NCBI GenBank assembly: GCA_051362555.1 | Contig: CM120640.1 | Span: 18,104,001-18,168,000 of the forward strand | DNA: 64,000 bases | Source: Lingula anatina | Lineage: Eukaryota; Animalia; Brachiopoda | Direction of reading: 5' to 3' | Made by a program: the position numbers and the translations under genes | The notes under the pieces: generated by a model | Told to the model about the DNA's origin: nothing | Seen by the model: only the letters and a program-made list of their open reading frames with translations | The model's database searches: none | Shown: positions 13,491 through 24,700 of the stretch, one piece after another | How positions within the stretch are numbered: position 1 is the stretch's first letter | Layout of the letters: every line of letters begins with the position of its first letter

Positions 13491-15261
13491 GAGAACGGGC
13501 GAAAATCCGTGCGCGCGCAGGATGTCATCCATAAAATTAAAAAAGTGTGGCCTAAACCAAATTGAATAGTATCCAGTTTCTAGAAGTTATATATATGGTA
13601 ACTTGGATGTAATGCAGGTTTAATCAAAATTGGGGTTTGTCTGTGGATGTGGGCGTTCATTGGGACCCCCTACACAAGTGCTATATATACTACAGTGGAT
13701 AAATTTTTGTTTTAAATGCAATTTCATTAAGGTGAGCATTGCTGCAGCTGTGTGCATCTTTAAGCTTCAGCATTGTTCTGATATCTGTCAGCTTCAGTTT
13801 AGAATCTCTAGATTTGCAAGCTGATGGACTTCAGCTACATTTAATTCTAGTTCACTGTGTTTTGTTGTGGTTTATTATGTATCTGAAAACTGGTGCTTGG
13901 CATAGGGGACTAACATCTTCTGAGGGCAAGATTGATAAAGCATTGGGTCTGAAATTCAAGATGGACATTTGTATCTGATATTGTTTATGGATATTTCAGG
14001 TAAAAGAAGATACGACAGGAAACAGAGTGGTTATGGTGGTCAAACGAAGCCTATTTTCCACAAAAAGGTGATTAAAACAAAGTTATCTAAAGAACAAATT
14101 AATTATCAATCTGTTACATGCAAGCAGTCCTTGGTGATTGGTGGAATGTGTTGTTAGTTGTGCTACAATGTCTTCTAATTCTGTAAATTGACAGTATTTA
14201 CATTCATGGAGAGTGTTTTATTTTTCTGCTTACGTGCAGTTTAAGTAAGAACTTTTCTGATAGTTTTTGCAAGTCTTGGAAGGGAAAGGTATTTCATGGT
14301 TTAAAAATAGCACCATGAGTGTTCACGAAAAACACATTTAACTTAACTACATGTTTTAACAATATATTGTTATTACTGTCTGACCTGTATATCAGTAATA
14401 TTAAATTAACAAATGATCGTTTCAGGCAAAAACTACAAAGAAGGTTGTACTGCGTATGGAGTGCACAGACTGCAGATATAAGAAACAAATCTCAATTAAG
14501 AGATGTAAACACTTTGAACTTGGAGGAGACAGGAAGAAGAAGGTAGGAAAATTTAGTCAGCAGCAAGTTGCATCATTAAAAAATTGTCAGCAGCAAGTCT
14601 TGCCCCGGAGAGCCGTCCAGCCCTCATTTGGAAGGTGCTTAGCCTCAAAAGCTGGCCTATATTTCCAAAAAAGGCTGGATGGCTTACAAAATTCATAAGT
14701 GGGTTGGAAGTGCTTGCTTTAGTTGGACTCCCTGTAAATCGATTACCAAATTACAGATTCACACTTTGGACTACTTGTACCCCAAATCCTGGGGGGAACC
14801 CCTGGTCAGCAGTGAAAGAACCTTTTGCCAAAGAAAAAAAAAGCTGCAGCACTTTTCACACCATGCAATATAATTATCTGTGAGGATATACAAGTAGACT
14901 GGTCCTAACATGTTATTATGATTACTTGGTATTGCAATGAGAAATGGTTGGGCTCCATCAATTTAGGCGACTCTTTACAGCGTTTCAATTCAGATAATTC
15001 GCAATGTAAAAAGGGCCTACCTTTTGGCTTGATAATTATAAGAAATTATTAAAACAGGGAGTAATTATTTATTTATTTATGATTATCATTATTTTGTATT
15101 TAAAAACAGACATCTTGTTCCAAATGAGTTTGCTTTGATTAAAATTTGAAATGGAATCAAATTTGCTGGGAGAAGCATTACATTTATCCAGATAAATGTT
15201 GTATTTTAAATGACTGATTTCGCTTTTTCTTTCTTTTTAGGGCCAGATGGTGCAGTTCTAA
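9053..15261 (+). CDS. RPL36A: 60S ribosomal protein L36a/L44 (eL42), 106 aa
   Basis: Exons 9053-9055 (ATG only), 9295-9406, 14000-14067, 14426-14542, 15241-15261. Translation [88 protein letters not shown] at ~15300. Confidence 0.97.
10520..12860 (+). mobile_element. Helentron-associated interspersed element (HINE/DINE-like) nested in the TIR element
   Basis: 5' subTIR GTACCACCAGC (10523-33) with adjacent IR GCTGGCGGTAC, followed by a GCGGCTCCT-type microsatellite (~10580-10630) and an internal tandem array. 3' subTIR GCTGGTGGTAC (12810-20), 3' stem-loop GAGGCG-GTAT-CGCCTC (12829-44), CTAG-TTT end, and TT at both ends. Confidence 0.75.
11340..12520. repeat. Tandem array, ~146-bp monomer, ~8 copies
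   Basis: AAAACTGGCARAGATATGCCCATAGTTACTATTGAACTTGAATAGGAAGTCATATACTGGCAATC..TGACCTTGAAATTGACCTTTGACCTAC recurs at ~11349, 11493, 11639, 11785, 11931, 12077, 12223, 12368. Confidence 0.95.
14611..14913 (+). ncRNA. Candidate structured intronic RNA (H/ACA-like) in RPL36A intron 4
   Basis: Hairpin AGCCGTCCAGCC..TTGGAA/TTCCAA..GGCTGGATGGCT followed by ANANNA (ACAAAA, 14686-91). Second long stem GGAAGTGCT/AGCACTTTT, and ACA at 14908-10. No family recognised. Confidence 0.3.
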
Positions 15262-15894
15262 ATTCATGTCGATTCCTGTATTTAAGACCATCTTTGTATA
15301 TTAAAGTGAAAAAATATTGAACATGAAGTACAAAAATATTTTGTTATTATTTGTACATGTGAGTTATTCATTGAGTAGGCAAAAATTTTACTATAAATGG
15401 AAACAAACTACACCACGACATATGGCTGTTGATTTTGTTCCAAGATGTTCTACTAATTGTCCAACTGCATGAGTCTACATAAAAAGCCAACTGTCAAATA
15501 GTTAAATCGTAACTTAACTTTAAAGGCAGCTGTTGTAACACCAATGTATAACATAAAGAACAAATAATGAAATTTAAAATCCATTACCGTAAAATATAAA
15601 TAATATATTGTTCATTAACATACTAATACACAAGTTCGAAAAGTTCTTAACAAAAATTAAAGGTATATCAATTCATTGCACTTTGACAAATGTGTTAAAT
15701 GAAATATTTAGTTTTCACAGGTTTATTTTTAAAAAAGGGGAAGGTAGCAAACTTTTTGATACATCTTTTGTGCATTTCTAAGATCTTGTTAAAGTAATGT
15801 CCTTTTCCCTCAGAAGTACCAACTGTATACCAAATGGTGCCAATTTAATACTTGGGTGCAGATTATTCAAAACTTCTTCACTACAGTCCCATGC

Positions 15895-18800
15895 CTACTT
15901 TCCTTTCTTCACTTCTGTTGCCTGCTGGTGTGCCTGTGCACATGTGATGTATGGCAAACACTTCATGTGGAAAACTGGGCATTCAACCTCCATGTTTAGT
16001 CCTAAAAGAACATATCTGTAAGGTGATTTTTAGAAAAATATCAAAGTCTACTTAATACAAACAAAATTAGCAGAGTATGTTCCACCTTCAAGAGGTAAAG
16101 CAAGACTTCACCACGTTAACAAAATTATCCAATATTTGACAAATGCCAAAACTATCTCCACAAAATGCAGACAAAAAAAAAAAAAAAAATTAAGATGCAA
16201 ATGGTTGATCTGGTGCAAGTAAAATCTTTTGTTTAAACTTCTACAAATAAAATATTATCACAAAAAATAATGTACTTTGAAGAAGGGAAAGGTTGAGTCA
16301 TCTTTTAACAGCAATGAAAAGGGGGTAAGAGGGGTAACTAAACTTCATGATATAAAAGTATGCTGAAACTAAACTTCATTGCATTTAGATTATAAATTGC
16401 CAATCTTGCCTTTTGTTTTTCATTTGAGATTACTTTCTTCCAACAGTTAATAAACCAAAGAGTATTTCTATAAGAAATGTTCCAAAAATCTGTCTGTTGT
16501 ATACCTGTTTTAAGATTTCTGAAAGTAAAGGTTCCCCTCATATTCCCTGTGGGTGTGGCAAAGGAACAACAGCTTGTGTAAGAGTAGATGGCCTTGGGGC
16601 GCATTATTGGGTACTCCCCTGGAGTGGAGAGAGAGAGAATATGGACAAATAACACAACTTGCAGAGAATGGGAAACTACCTCTGAGCATAAAGTGGATGC
16701 TTTTGGGATCATTCTTGAAATACCCTTGGATCATTGGCAACACCTGTCTAAAGATGCTCATTCCAAAATTTAAAAAAAAAAAAAAAAAAAAGCTAATGGA
16801 AAAGAGTACAACATTGTCTCTGCATCCATCCATCATTGGTAATTTCCCAATCTCAGAAAGCTTTTCAATCATCTCCAGGACATTTTAGTACCTGTTTTCA
16901 AATTCCTCATTCTGAAATGTCCCTTCATGTTACCATACGTGGTACCAAAGGAAGTGCTACTAGTCCAGGAGAAACTGGAGCCAGGACGCATGATTGGGTA
17001 GTGACCTAGGTGCCAGTATAGCAAAGGTGAGTGCCTTTGTAATGAAGACTCATTTATTCAAGACAAGCCTCTGCATGATACATTTACAAAAATTTCCATT
17101 CCATTAATTTTGTGGAAACTTGACCTGTAATCAATGAAGTTGCATACTGAGAAATGTTTCCATTCAAGCTTGAAGGACCTCAGCAAGCTGTCTTCATATT
17201 TTCATCACTGGGAGCCAATTTAATACTTCAGCCAGCAGTGGAGCAAACCAAACGTATTTGCCTCCTTGTGTGTGTGTGAGCTAATTCTAATCAAGTCATA
17301 ACAAAACAGGTTTTCTATATCTTTGAAAATTTGAAGACCTTTACTTCATTTTCACTCATTTCTATTTACGTTATGAATAAGTGCATTTAGTTACTATCGG
17401 TTACTTTTCTGTTCTGACAAATATTTATCTTTTACATTTTAGTTGCTGTCATCAGTTAATTAACATTTACCTACCCACTACTCCAGGTCCATCAACTCTC
17501 TCCTCATTTCCTTCCTCATTGGTGATAATCCAGTGCCGTGTCTCTAGCTGACAAGATTCCTGTGGATCTTCATCTTCTGCCATGGACATGCTATAAATAA
17601 AATCAAGATACTGTTACACCCCATTCTCATAGATTAGATCGACCTACATTGGATCGACCTAACTACCTGGGGGTTCATGCTAAATAGCTGTCAGCCGGGC
17701 GGACACGAAAGTTAATTACCCCTTAAAGCTTGTAGTAGGCGGGGACGGACACTTAAGGGGGATTATCTGACAGTAATCTAGTGAGACTCCCCGCGGTGAT
17801 AGATCGATCTAAAAGTTGTGAGAACAGAGCCTTAAATACGAAAGTGCATGCAAAGATAAATTATTAATTTACATTACTCAATCATGATTCTAGTATTCTG
17901 CTTTTTTTAAAAAACTTCTTTATGAAAAAGTATTGTCCTCCCTCAGCAACATTTATTTAATCAAGATAATTCACAAAGCATATTCAATATTACCAAAACT
18001 TACGTGATATAATAGACAAAGAAGAAGTGAGGTGGGTTAATTGTGCTGAGCTCTGGCATGAAGGCAGTGGCAACTGTTACTTGGATACCACTGGTGACAG
18101 CAATACAGGAAGGCTCACGATATAACCTGCAATCAACAACAGTTAATGATGTGATTATTCAGACAGCTGTTTCTTAGACTGCTTTAGTGACACCCAACAA
18201 GGAAGGAGATTTTTACATTCCAAATGAAATAAATAATAGTGGGCAAACATGAGCACTGTATGCATTCAGATTGGTTAAGGTGAGTAACTATAATAATAAG
18301 ACTAAATTTTAGTTATATCAGTTATGGGTGTATTTTAAATTAATGATTCACCAGTCTGCAGCTTAAAGAGATTCATTTCAAAGTGTTATATTTTTATTTC
18401 TGTAATGACTTAACACATAAAATGACTGGTAAATGTTATAATTTAAGTCACCTGTAAATCTGCCCATTCACAACTGAGAATGTATTTCTCTCCAAATCCT
18501 GTGCATATGATATAAACCAATCCTCAAAGGAATTCCCTTTAAAGCAGAATATGTAAGTTTTTTGCATTATAAGGATTTACCAGGCTATATTCCTTTTTTC
18601 ATGCAAAAATCTAACAATAACTTACTAAATAAAATATATAAATTCATACTATTATTAGACATAATATTCTCAATTGATGTTACAACTCGTTAGCTATCAG
18701 AATCTGTACACAAAGCATACAGCAACAACCTCATGTTTTACACCAATCACACTGTTACAACTTATCTATATATCTATCTGTCCCATAGTCTGATGACCTT

Positions 18801-21449
18801 AGGGGCACAACAGACGAACTGGCAACCAATACAATACAACTAATACATTCATAATTAACACATAAATACACACATGTATAGTTATGCAAATACAGCAGTT
18901 CATTAAATAACATGCAGACCTGATATAAAGAAATCCATGGCAGAATTATTTGAAAGGAGCATATTGTCAGGTGTAGGATAGACCACCTGACCATAACCAA
19001 GACCGCCGTCTTCCGATAGCACCAGTAACTGAGCCACGTGTGTGAAAGGGCACAGTGTGATAGGCATCATGAACTTTAGGTCCCCATGATCCTAAGACAT
19101 AAAAACATGAATGTACTCCCTAATGTGCAAAAAGCAAACACAAGAGTGAGAAATGTATCCTTTATTTTACTCATACAAATCAGATAAATGCTTATAATAT
19201 TATCTTGGACAAATAGGCCAACATAGCCTTTGCTCATTGTATTTTATTTTATCATAAATATGACCATCTCTTACATTTTTTATTTCATCAAATTCTTGAA
19301 AGACTTTGCCAGTTTTCATCAAGACATGATATCTATTGGTCAGTTTTGCCTTTATTTATTTTCATTTGGTTTTACTCACCTGATAGTTGTTGGTTGCTGT
19401 CCGCAGATCCAGAAGCTCTTGTGTTCTGACATGACTAGCAATCTTAACAGTCCCCATCAGCCTTCAGGGATATGAAAATATTTCAAAAGAACATATAAAA
19501 AAGTTCTATAGTCACCCCATCTATTACTGAAAGAGAAGTAACATATCACAAACAAAAAGAAGATACATTTACAAAAGGGCCATGCACAGATATTTTCAGA
19601 CTGATAATTTTTTGATTGAATAGATCTTTGTATTTTAATTATACACCAAATGCGCAATACTATTTGCATGAAAAAATATTTTCTCCAAAAAAAGTGTACA
19701 TATCAAAAATCAGTAATTAATATTATTAACAATTAGTGTATCAGGGAGTATTAAAATGGTCTTGGGTTGATTTTGTTGATGTGCAAGTCATGGTACTTTG
19801 TTTGGTGTTGAAGTGTGAAAGGTTGGAATTGCACTCTACCCATGTGTTATAAGAGACTGTCCATTATGAATTCTGTGGGAACATCTGAATGCATCTGGTA
19901 GGTTCTGATGAATTCTGTTCTCTGCTTCTGTTAAAACCTCCTCGGAAACACCACCTGTAAGCATGATGCAAAGATACTCACATTAAACAAAAAGGTACAC
20001 TCCCCTTTAAAATTTAGACTGATCAAATTAAATTTGAAATAAAAATAAATATGTAAATAACAACTATCTGAAGAGGTCCTTGAAGCTTTTAAATGTACCT
20101 CGAATTAATAAGGTAAAATTTACTTTTGAGCAATTACTAATAACTTTTGCTATTCCATCACAGCTAGACAAGTTGAAGATACTAAAACCACATGGAAAAA
20201 TAATAAAAACAGCTGTAACAATGTGAATGACTGATCACTAGCTATGTGACTTCTATCTCAGTAATGTCTACTTCATTTTGGAAAGTTAAGGTTGACAACA
20301 ATTACTAAGTTATGTCTTTAAGTGTTTGCATATACTCATATTGTGTACATACATTGGATTGAACTATATATCTTTGGACATGATTTTTCGATGAAGTTTT
20401 CAATATTTGTCCAAGCTTTTTTTATTTTCCTGTAGCAGTTTACATATCGCCCATAGTCTTTGTACCATGCTACAAAATGTTGTTTCCAGTCACTAACACT
20501 GTTTGAACTAAAAAACAAAGATTTATAGAAATCATAACAATCATAACAAAAATGTAAAGGTTATGATGTAAAGAAAAGGAATTAAATCCTCTTAAGTGCT
20601 TTACTGCAAACTTTGTCTATGGCTAAGCTCAATTTACTATTTAAAAATTATTAGATACTTATATACACTCCAACTCTAGATTATGGAACATTTCCACATT
20701 ATGGAACAAACACAAAGGTCTGCTAAAATGTATTTAATGTGCAATGCCAAGGTGGGATTATACACTGCATGCTAGGAAAAAGAGTGAACCTCTGTGTTCG
20801 TTTCATAATTTGGTGTCATTCCAGAATCCAGGGTAAGAGTCTAGTAGAAAGAAATTATGTAGATGTTATAAATTATATTAAAACATAAAAACATCATAAG
20901 TGAATGATTCTCACTTTGTCTCTAGCCAGTAAAACTGACATAATCTTTTCCAATGAACGTTGTTTTCAGCAACTGCATGAAGCCGATGGCATGCTCTACA
21001 GCAACTAAAAATAACATAAAAGTAATAATATAATTATCATGACTTAATTCCTTACTTTCTATCCAACAACCCATCAGACTTCAGTAGCGCCCCCTCAAGT
21101 ATGTTCATGAGCCTGGGCAGCTGTGAATAACATTGAACGAAAATGTTATAACGCTCTTTAAACTACGCACACAATTAGCAATACATACTGAAAGGTTGGA
21201 GCTACATTCCACAACTTTGTACATGATACGGTTATTCAATTTGTGTCAGCTGCTTGGACCAAGTCTTGTTGTTACCAGGACATTTGGCTATTATTAATAT
21301 AACCAGCATTGGATTTAAATCTGACGACTTCTATAAACCATTTGGACAAAGTATGCCATGTACCTGACCAAGTCCTTATAATCCAGGTATGAGAAAATGT
21401 GATTTAAAGGATCATCTGGAATATTGTTTAGATTTACGGGCGCTGCCAT
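15895..21449 (-). CDS. FBXO3: F-box only protein 3 (F-box + SMI1/KNR4 + ApaG), ~414 aa with one version of exon 10
   Basis: Exons 21449-21364, 21004-20915, 20507-20353, 19954-19840, 19461-19380, 19091-18920, 18536-18452, 18126-18004, 17590-17475, [17005-16892 or 16618-16505], 16001-15895. Motifs: IPDDPLNHIFSYLDYKDL (F-box), LPDAFRCSHRIHNGQ (SMI1/KNR4), SCQLETRHWIIT..VDGPGVVG (ApaG). Confidence 0.93.
16505..16618 (-). CDS. FBXO3: FBXO3 exon 10B (ApaG core, variant B)
   Basis: ccag|G-EYPIMRPKAIYSYTSCCSFATPTGNMRGTFTFRNLKT-G|gtatac, 114 nt, phase 1-1, strong pyrimidine tract. Confidence 0.88.
16892..17005 (-). CDS. FBXO3: FBXO3 exon 10A (ApaG core, variant A)
   Basis: ctag|G-HYPIMRPGSSFSWTSSTSFGTTYGNMKGHFRMRNLKT-G|gtacta, 114 nt, phase 1-1. 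Confidence 0.85.
17624..17824. mobile_element. Small fold-back MITE-like element in an FBXO3 intron
   Basis: Nested inverted repeats: TTAGATCGACCTA/TAGATCGATCTAA, CTGTCAG/CTGACAG, CCCCTTAA/TTAAGGGG. CpG-richer than its flanks. Confidence 0.55.
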
Positions 21450-21702
21450 CTTGAATCTCCGAATTTGCGCGAAAAGAGCCGAGGCATTTAACTGCAAACT
21501 CTAACTTTGGTATTTTAGATTGACAATTGATTGTGATACAGTGACCGGCTTTATTAGGGATTTAGGGTTATTTTGCTATTTTTCTTGCACTCTGCTTCGA
21601 CCAGATATTACCTGGTTTACCGTCGACAGTCGGCGGAAACACATGCACCGCCATCTTGTTTTGTGTTTGTGGTGTCCTGTGTGTTTGTCTCTACGTTATC
21701 AG
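21450..21702. promoter_or_regulatory. Bidirectional promoter FBXO3/CELF and probable non-coding first exon of CELF (donor CAG|GTAAGT at 21703)
   Basis: CpG-rich patch, YY1-like CCGCCATCTT (~21648) and AAGATGGC at the FBXO3 ATG, and a perfect donor on the + strand. The next + strand coding exon (29321) begins with an acceptor. Confidence 0.55.
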
Positions 21703-24700
21703 GTAAGTTTGCATATTACTTCTTACTTTTTGTCAACAGCAAAATTAGAACAGATTCCTTTTTCATGTAAGATAATCCCCTAATTGTTTGTCTGTAGCGT
21801 TATCATTTTTTGCATAAATAGCACGATATATAAAGTAGAACCAGCTGTCGGAGAGGATCGGAGCAGAGCATATGGCCGCTAAAAATAGCAGCCGATTGTA
21901 GCGCGAAGTCCATGGATTTGTGGTTTTATATATCTTGAGAGTTTTTGACACATTTCACAGTGTAGCATATGAAAATGGCATCAGCAAAGTAGCTTGTATT
22001 GCTTAAATGTTATTTTGATTTGTAAAATGCTATGCTTTGGTCTATAATTTATATACTGTCGTGCGTTGTTGTGTTGACATTGACAGAGTAGACTGGTTAC
22101 TATTTTCAATATTTAGTCGACAGTTAATTCACTGAGAGTTAAGCTGATAGTTTTGTGGGTTAGAAACCGTACTTTGCAGTTGTTATCAGATGCTGTAAGG
22201 TTGCAGCCTGTTGTTAATCAATTGATTTCTGATAAAGAAATGTGGTGCTATATGGATTGCATAATAACCTGTGACCCAGAAGAACAGGTGCACTGGCAGC
22301 GGATTTGCATAATAGGCCAGCTTAGTTTTTCCCAACCTTAACACAGCATTTGCTGTCACCATGAACATTATATACTAATGCAAGGATATAATATGAAAGT
22401 CCAGTAGCAGCTGATATCTCGCTTGGCAGTGCATGCCATCTCGCACTCTAGGATTAGGTTAAATATCAAAATGTACATAGCACATTAGTGGCAAAGGGCA
22501 CTCTGTCTATAATGAGAAAAAATAATGAATATATTCAGTCAGCAGTTAATACATGCAGAAAGTCTGTACACCTTTGATAGAGAGGCAGTTCATTATTTTC
22601 TGTTTCCATGAATCTATTCCCATAAATCAGATACTTCTGGTCTCTATAATCAGGAGCTATCAGTGTCTAATGACTGTGATTCCTATGATGTCTGATAATG
22701 ATGAGCGTGGACTAATGGAAAATCCTTTCAGATAGAAATATCAATATGGAATATGTATTGATTTTGAATTAGAACAATTCAGTGGAAGTGGTGTTCTCCA
22801 TGCTGTGGAACAAAAGAATGATGCACATTGTCACGTGCATAATCTACCTATGTGTGTTGGATGATTGATGATATTAATTTCTCCACAGAAGTGCTATTAT
22901 TACCAAGGTTTATTGTCTCTCAAGCTAATATTGAGTTAAGCATTGACAGAAAATGATTTCCCCATATGTATTGAACAGCTTAATGCTACACTGTTGGATT
23001 CAGAATTAATGATTTAAACTCTTGTGTAATGAGGGTAAATTGTGTTTAACTCCTAGATAGTTGAGTGACAATATGGAGATCGAGATCTAATTAATGGGAC
23101 TAGATATATGTAAACCATGATGTACAAGTTGTTTCTATTATATTCTGATGCTTATAAAATGTATGGTTCTCCACACTTTTTTCTCCTGCCTGGATGATAG
23201 TTTCCCACCAAGTGCTGTTTTGTATGGATGCAGAAGTCAATAATGCCAGCATAAATGTAATTATTTCTAGGCAGCACAGGTGACTTTCAAATAATAGGAA
23301 AAATTCATACAAATCAGCAGCTTTGATAAGATCGTGATTTAAGTACAAATAAAATATTTATTTTGATTGTTCCAACAAACGGATGATAACCTTCATATGA
23401 TTTGAGTGGAAGACAACAGAGCTGATAAGTATTTTCTGTAGGTTTTCATTGATTTCATCTCATACTTTTGAAATCAACTTGTTGATAAGGCAGCTGGTTT
23501 TAAGAAGCATAGTGTCGAATACGTGGTGGGCTAGCAAAAAGCTTGCTGCTGGCTTCTAAAGGTGACTTCCCAAGGTCCATCAGGTATAGGATTATCATTT
23601 GTATGTCTCAGCAGGTGAGAGGGGGAGATAAGCTGCCTGAACAGCAGCAGCAGCCTTTATATTATTGCCTCCTCCTCCAGGTAGACTATTAATCTCCTTA
23701 TAGACAGCACAAGTCTTTACCAGTATCCCTTGGGAGCATTTCCTGGCCATTAGAAACAGGTTAGAATACAGCGAAGTTCTGTCAAGTCACGGACCAAAAA
23801 GATAACATATATTCGCAGTAAATGCTGGGACTGCAGGTACAAGGAGCGTATTGGCCTGCCGCACGCAAGCTTTATTGTGATACTAGGGAATATGCATTAT
23901 GAATTCATGGAAGGTGGTTGTTAAACAATGCCTTCTTGTTTTATGTTTGATGATATCTTTATGCAGGTTGTCTTCATAATCTGCACTGCCTATCCATTGG
24001 TCTGGCACAGGGCCTGAAAAAAAAACCCAAACAGGCAGCCATTGTCAGAGGATATGATGATTCACCAAGTCATTTACCTGTCCATATTTTTGGCACATGC
24101 GACCAATTGTTAAATGCCCTTTAGAAGCACAAAAGATGTTGCAGGGGGCTTGTATTACCAGTTTGAAGCAAGTTTGAGTTTAATGGTTGTAGAACATTCA
24201 AACCTCTTCGGCATTGAAGGCGGAGGTAAAGCACATTAAAGCCAAGGTGTAGTGTGGGTAGAAATGTCAAGCATTAGGCCAGTGCTGCCAGGAATTAATT
24301 CTTGAAGAGACGGTTAAGTTTGCAAGAGCACAGTAGTGCACTATCATCCAGGAGAATGAAAAGAGCAGGGGTTGCCCTTGGGAATGGATTAACCTTCTCC
24401 TGCATTGGATTACCAGCAACTCAGAAGGGGATACCTACACCTTGCAAGCTCAAGAAGTACAGTACCAAGCCTTTCTAGCACTATTGCTTAGCAGCACACG
24501 TAGTAGTAGTCTTAGTAGTACTAGTAGCCTGAGAAGTCAGAAACGACAGAATTTCTCATGGTAGAAGCTGTGTGAGTGTTTGGAGAATGAAGTCCCCAGC
24601 ATGTGTGCATTGAAGGACTTTAATGGGACTGGAAACGGAATTTATGGGTTTAAAATACATTTTCAAGTATTGATGCACTTTCCACATGCTCTTTTAACTT

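Larger units (their letters stand above)
9584..13552. mobile_element. Non-autonomous TIR DNA transposon (Zator- or PIF/Harbinger-like) in RPL36A intron 2
   Basis: 34-bp TIRs GGCCACACTTTTTTAWTTTTATGGATGACATCCT (9584-9617 and 13519-13552, 33/34 identical) flanked by a TAA target-site duplication (9581-83, 13553-55). No transposase ORF. Confidence 0.88.

Noticed and set aside
13630-13845. Hairpins with ACACAA / ACA motifs after the transposon (H/ACA candidate)
   Set aside because: Spacing does not give a clean hairpin-H-hairpin-ACA layout.
14611-14913. Telomerase RNA, RNase P/MRP or U17 identity for the structured intron
   Set aside because: No CTAACCCT-type template, no CR-I/CR-V boxes, and only loose resemblance to the U17 m1/m2 motifs.
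15895-15910. FBXO3 C-terminal KKGK as an ER-retrieval signal; lack of the vertebrate acidic tail
   Set aside because: No transmembrane segment, so KKxx is unlikely to function. The tail difference is ordinary lineage variation.
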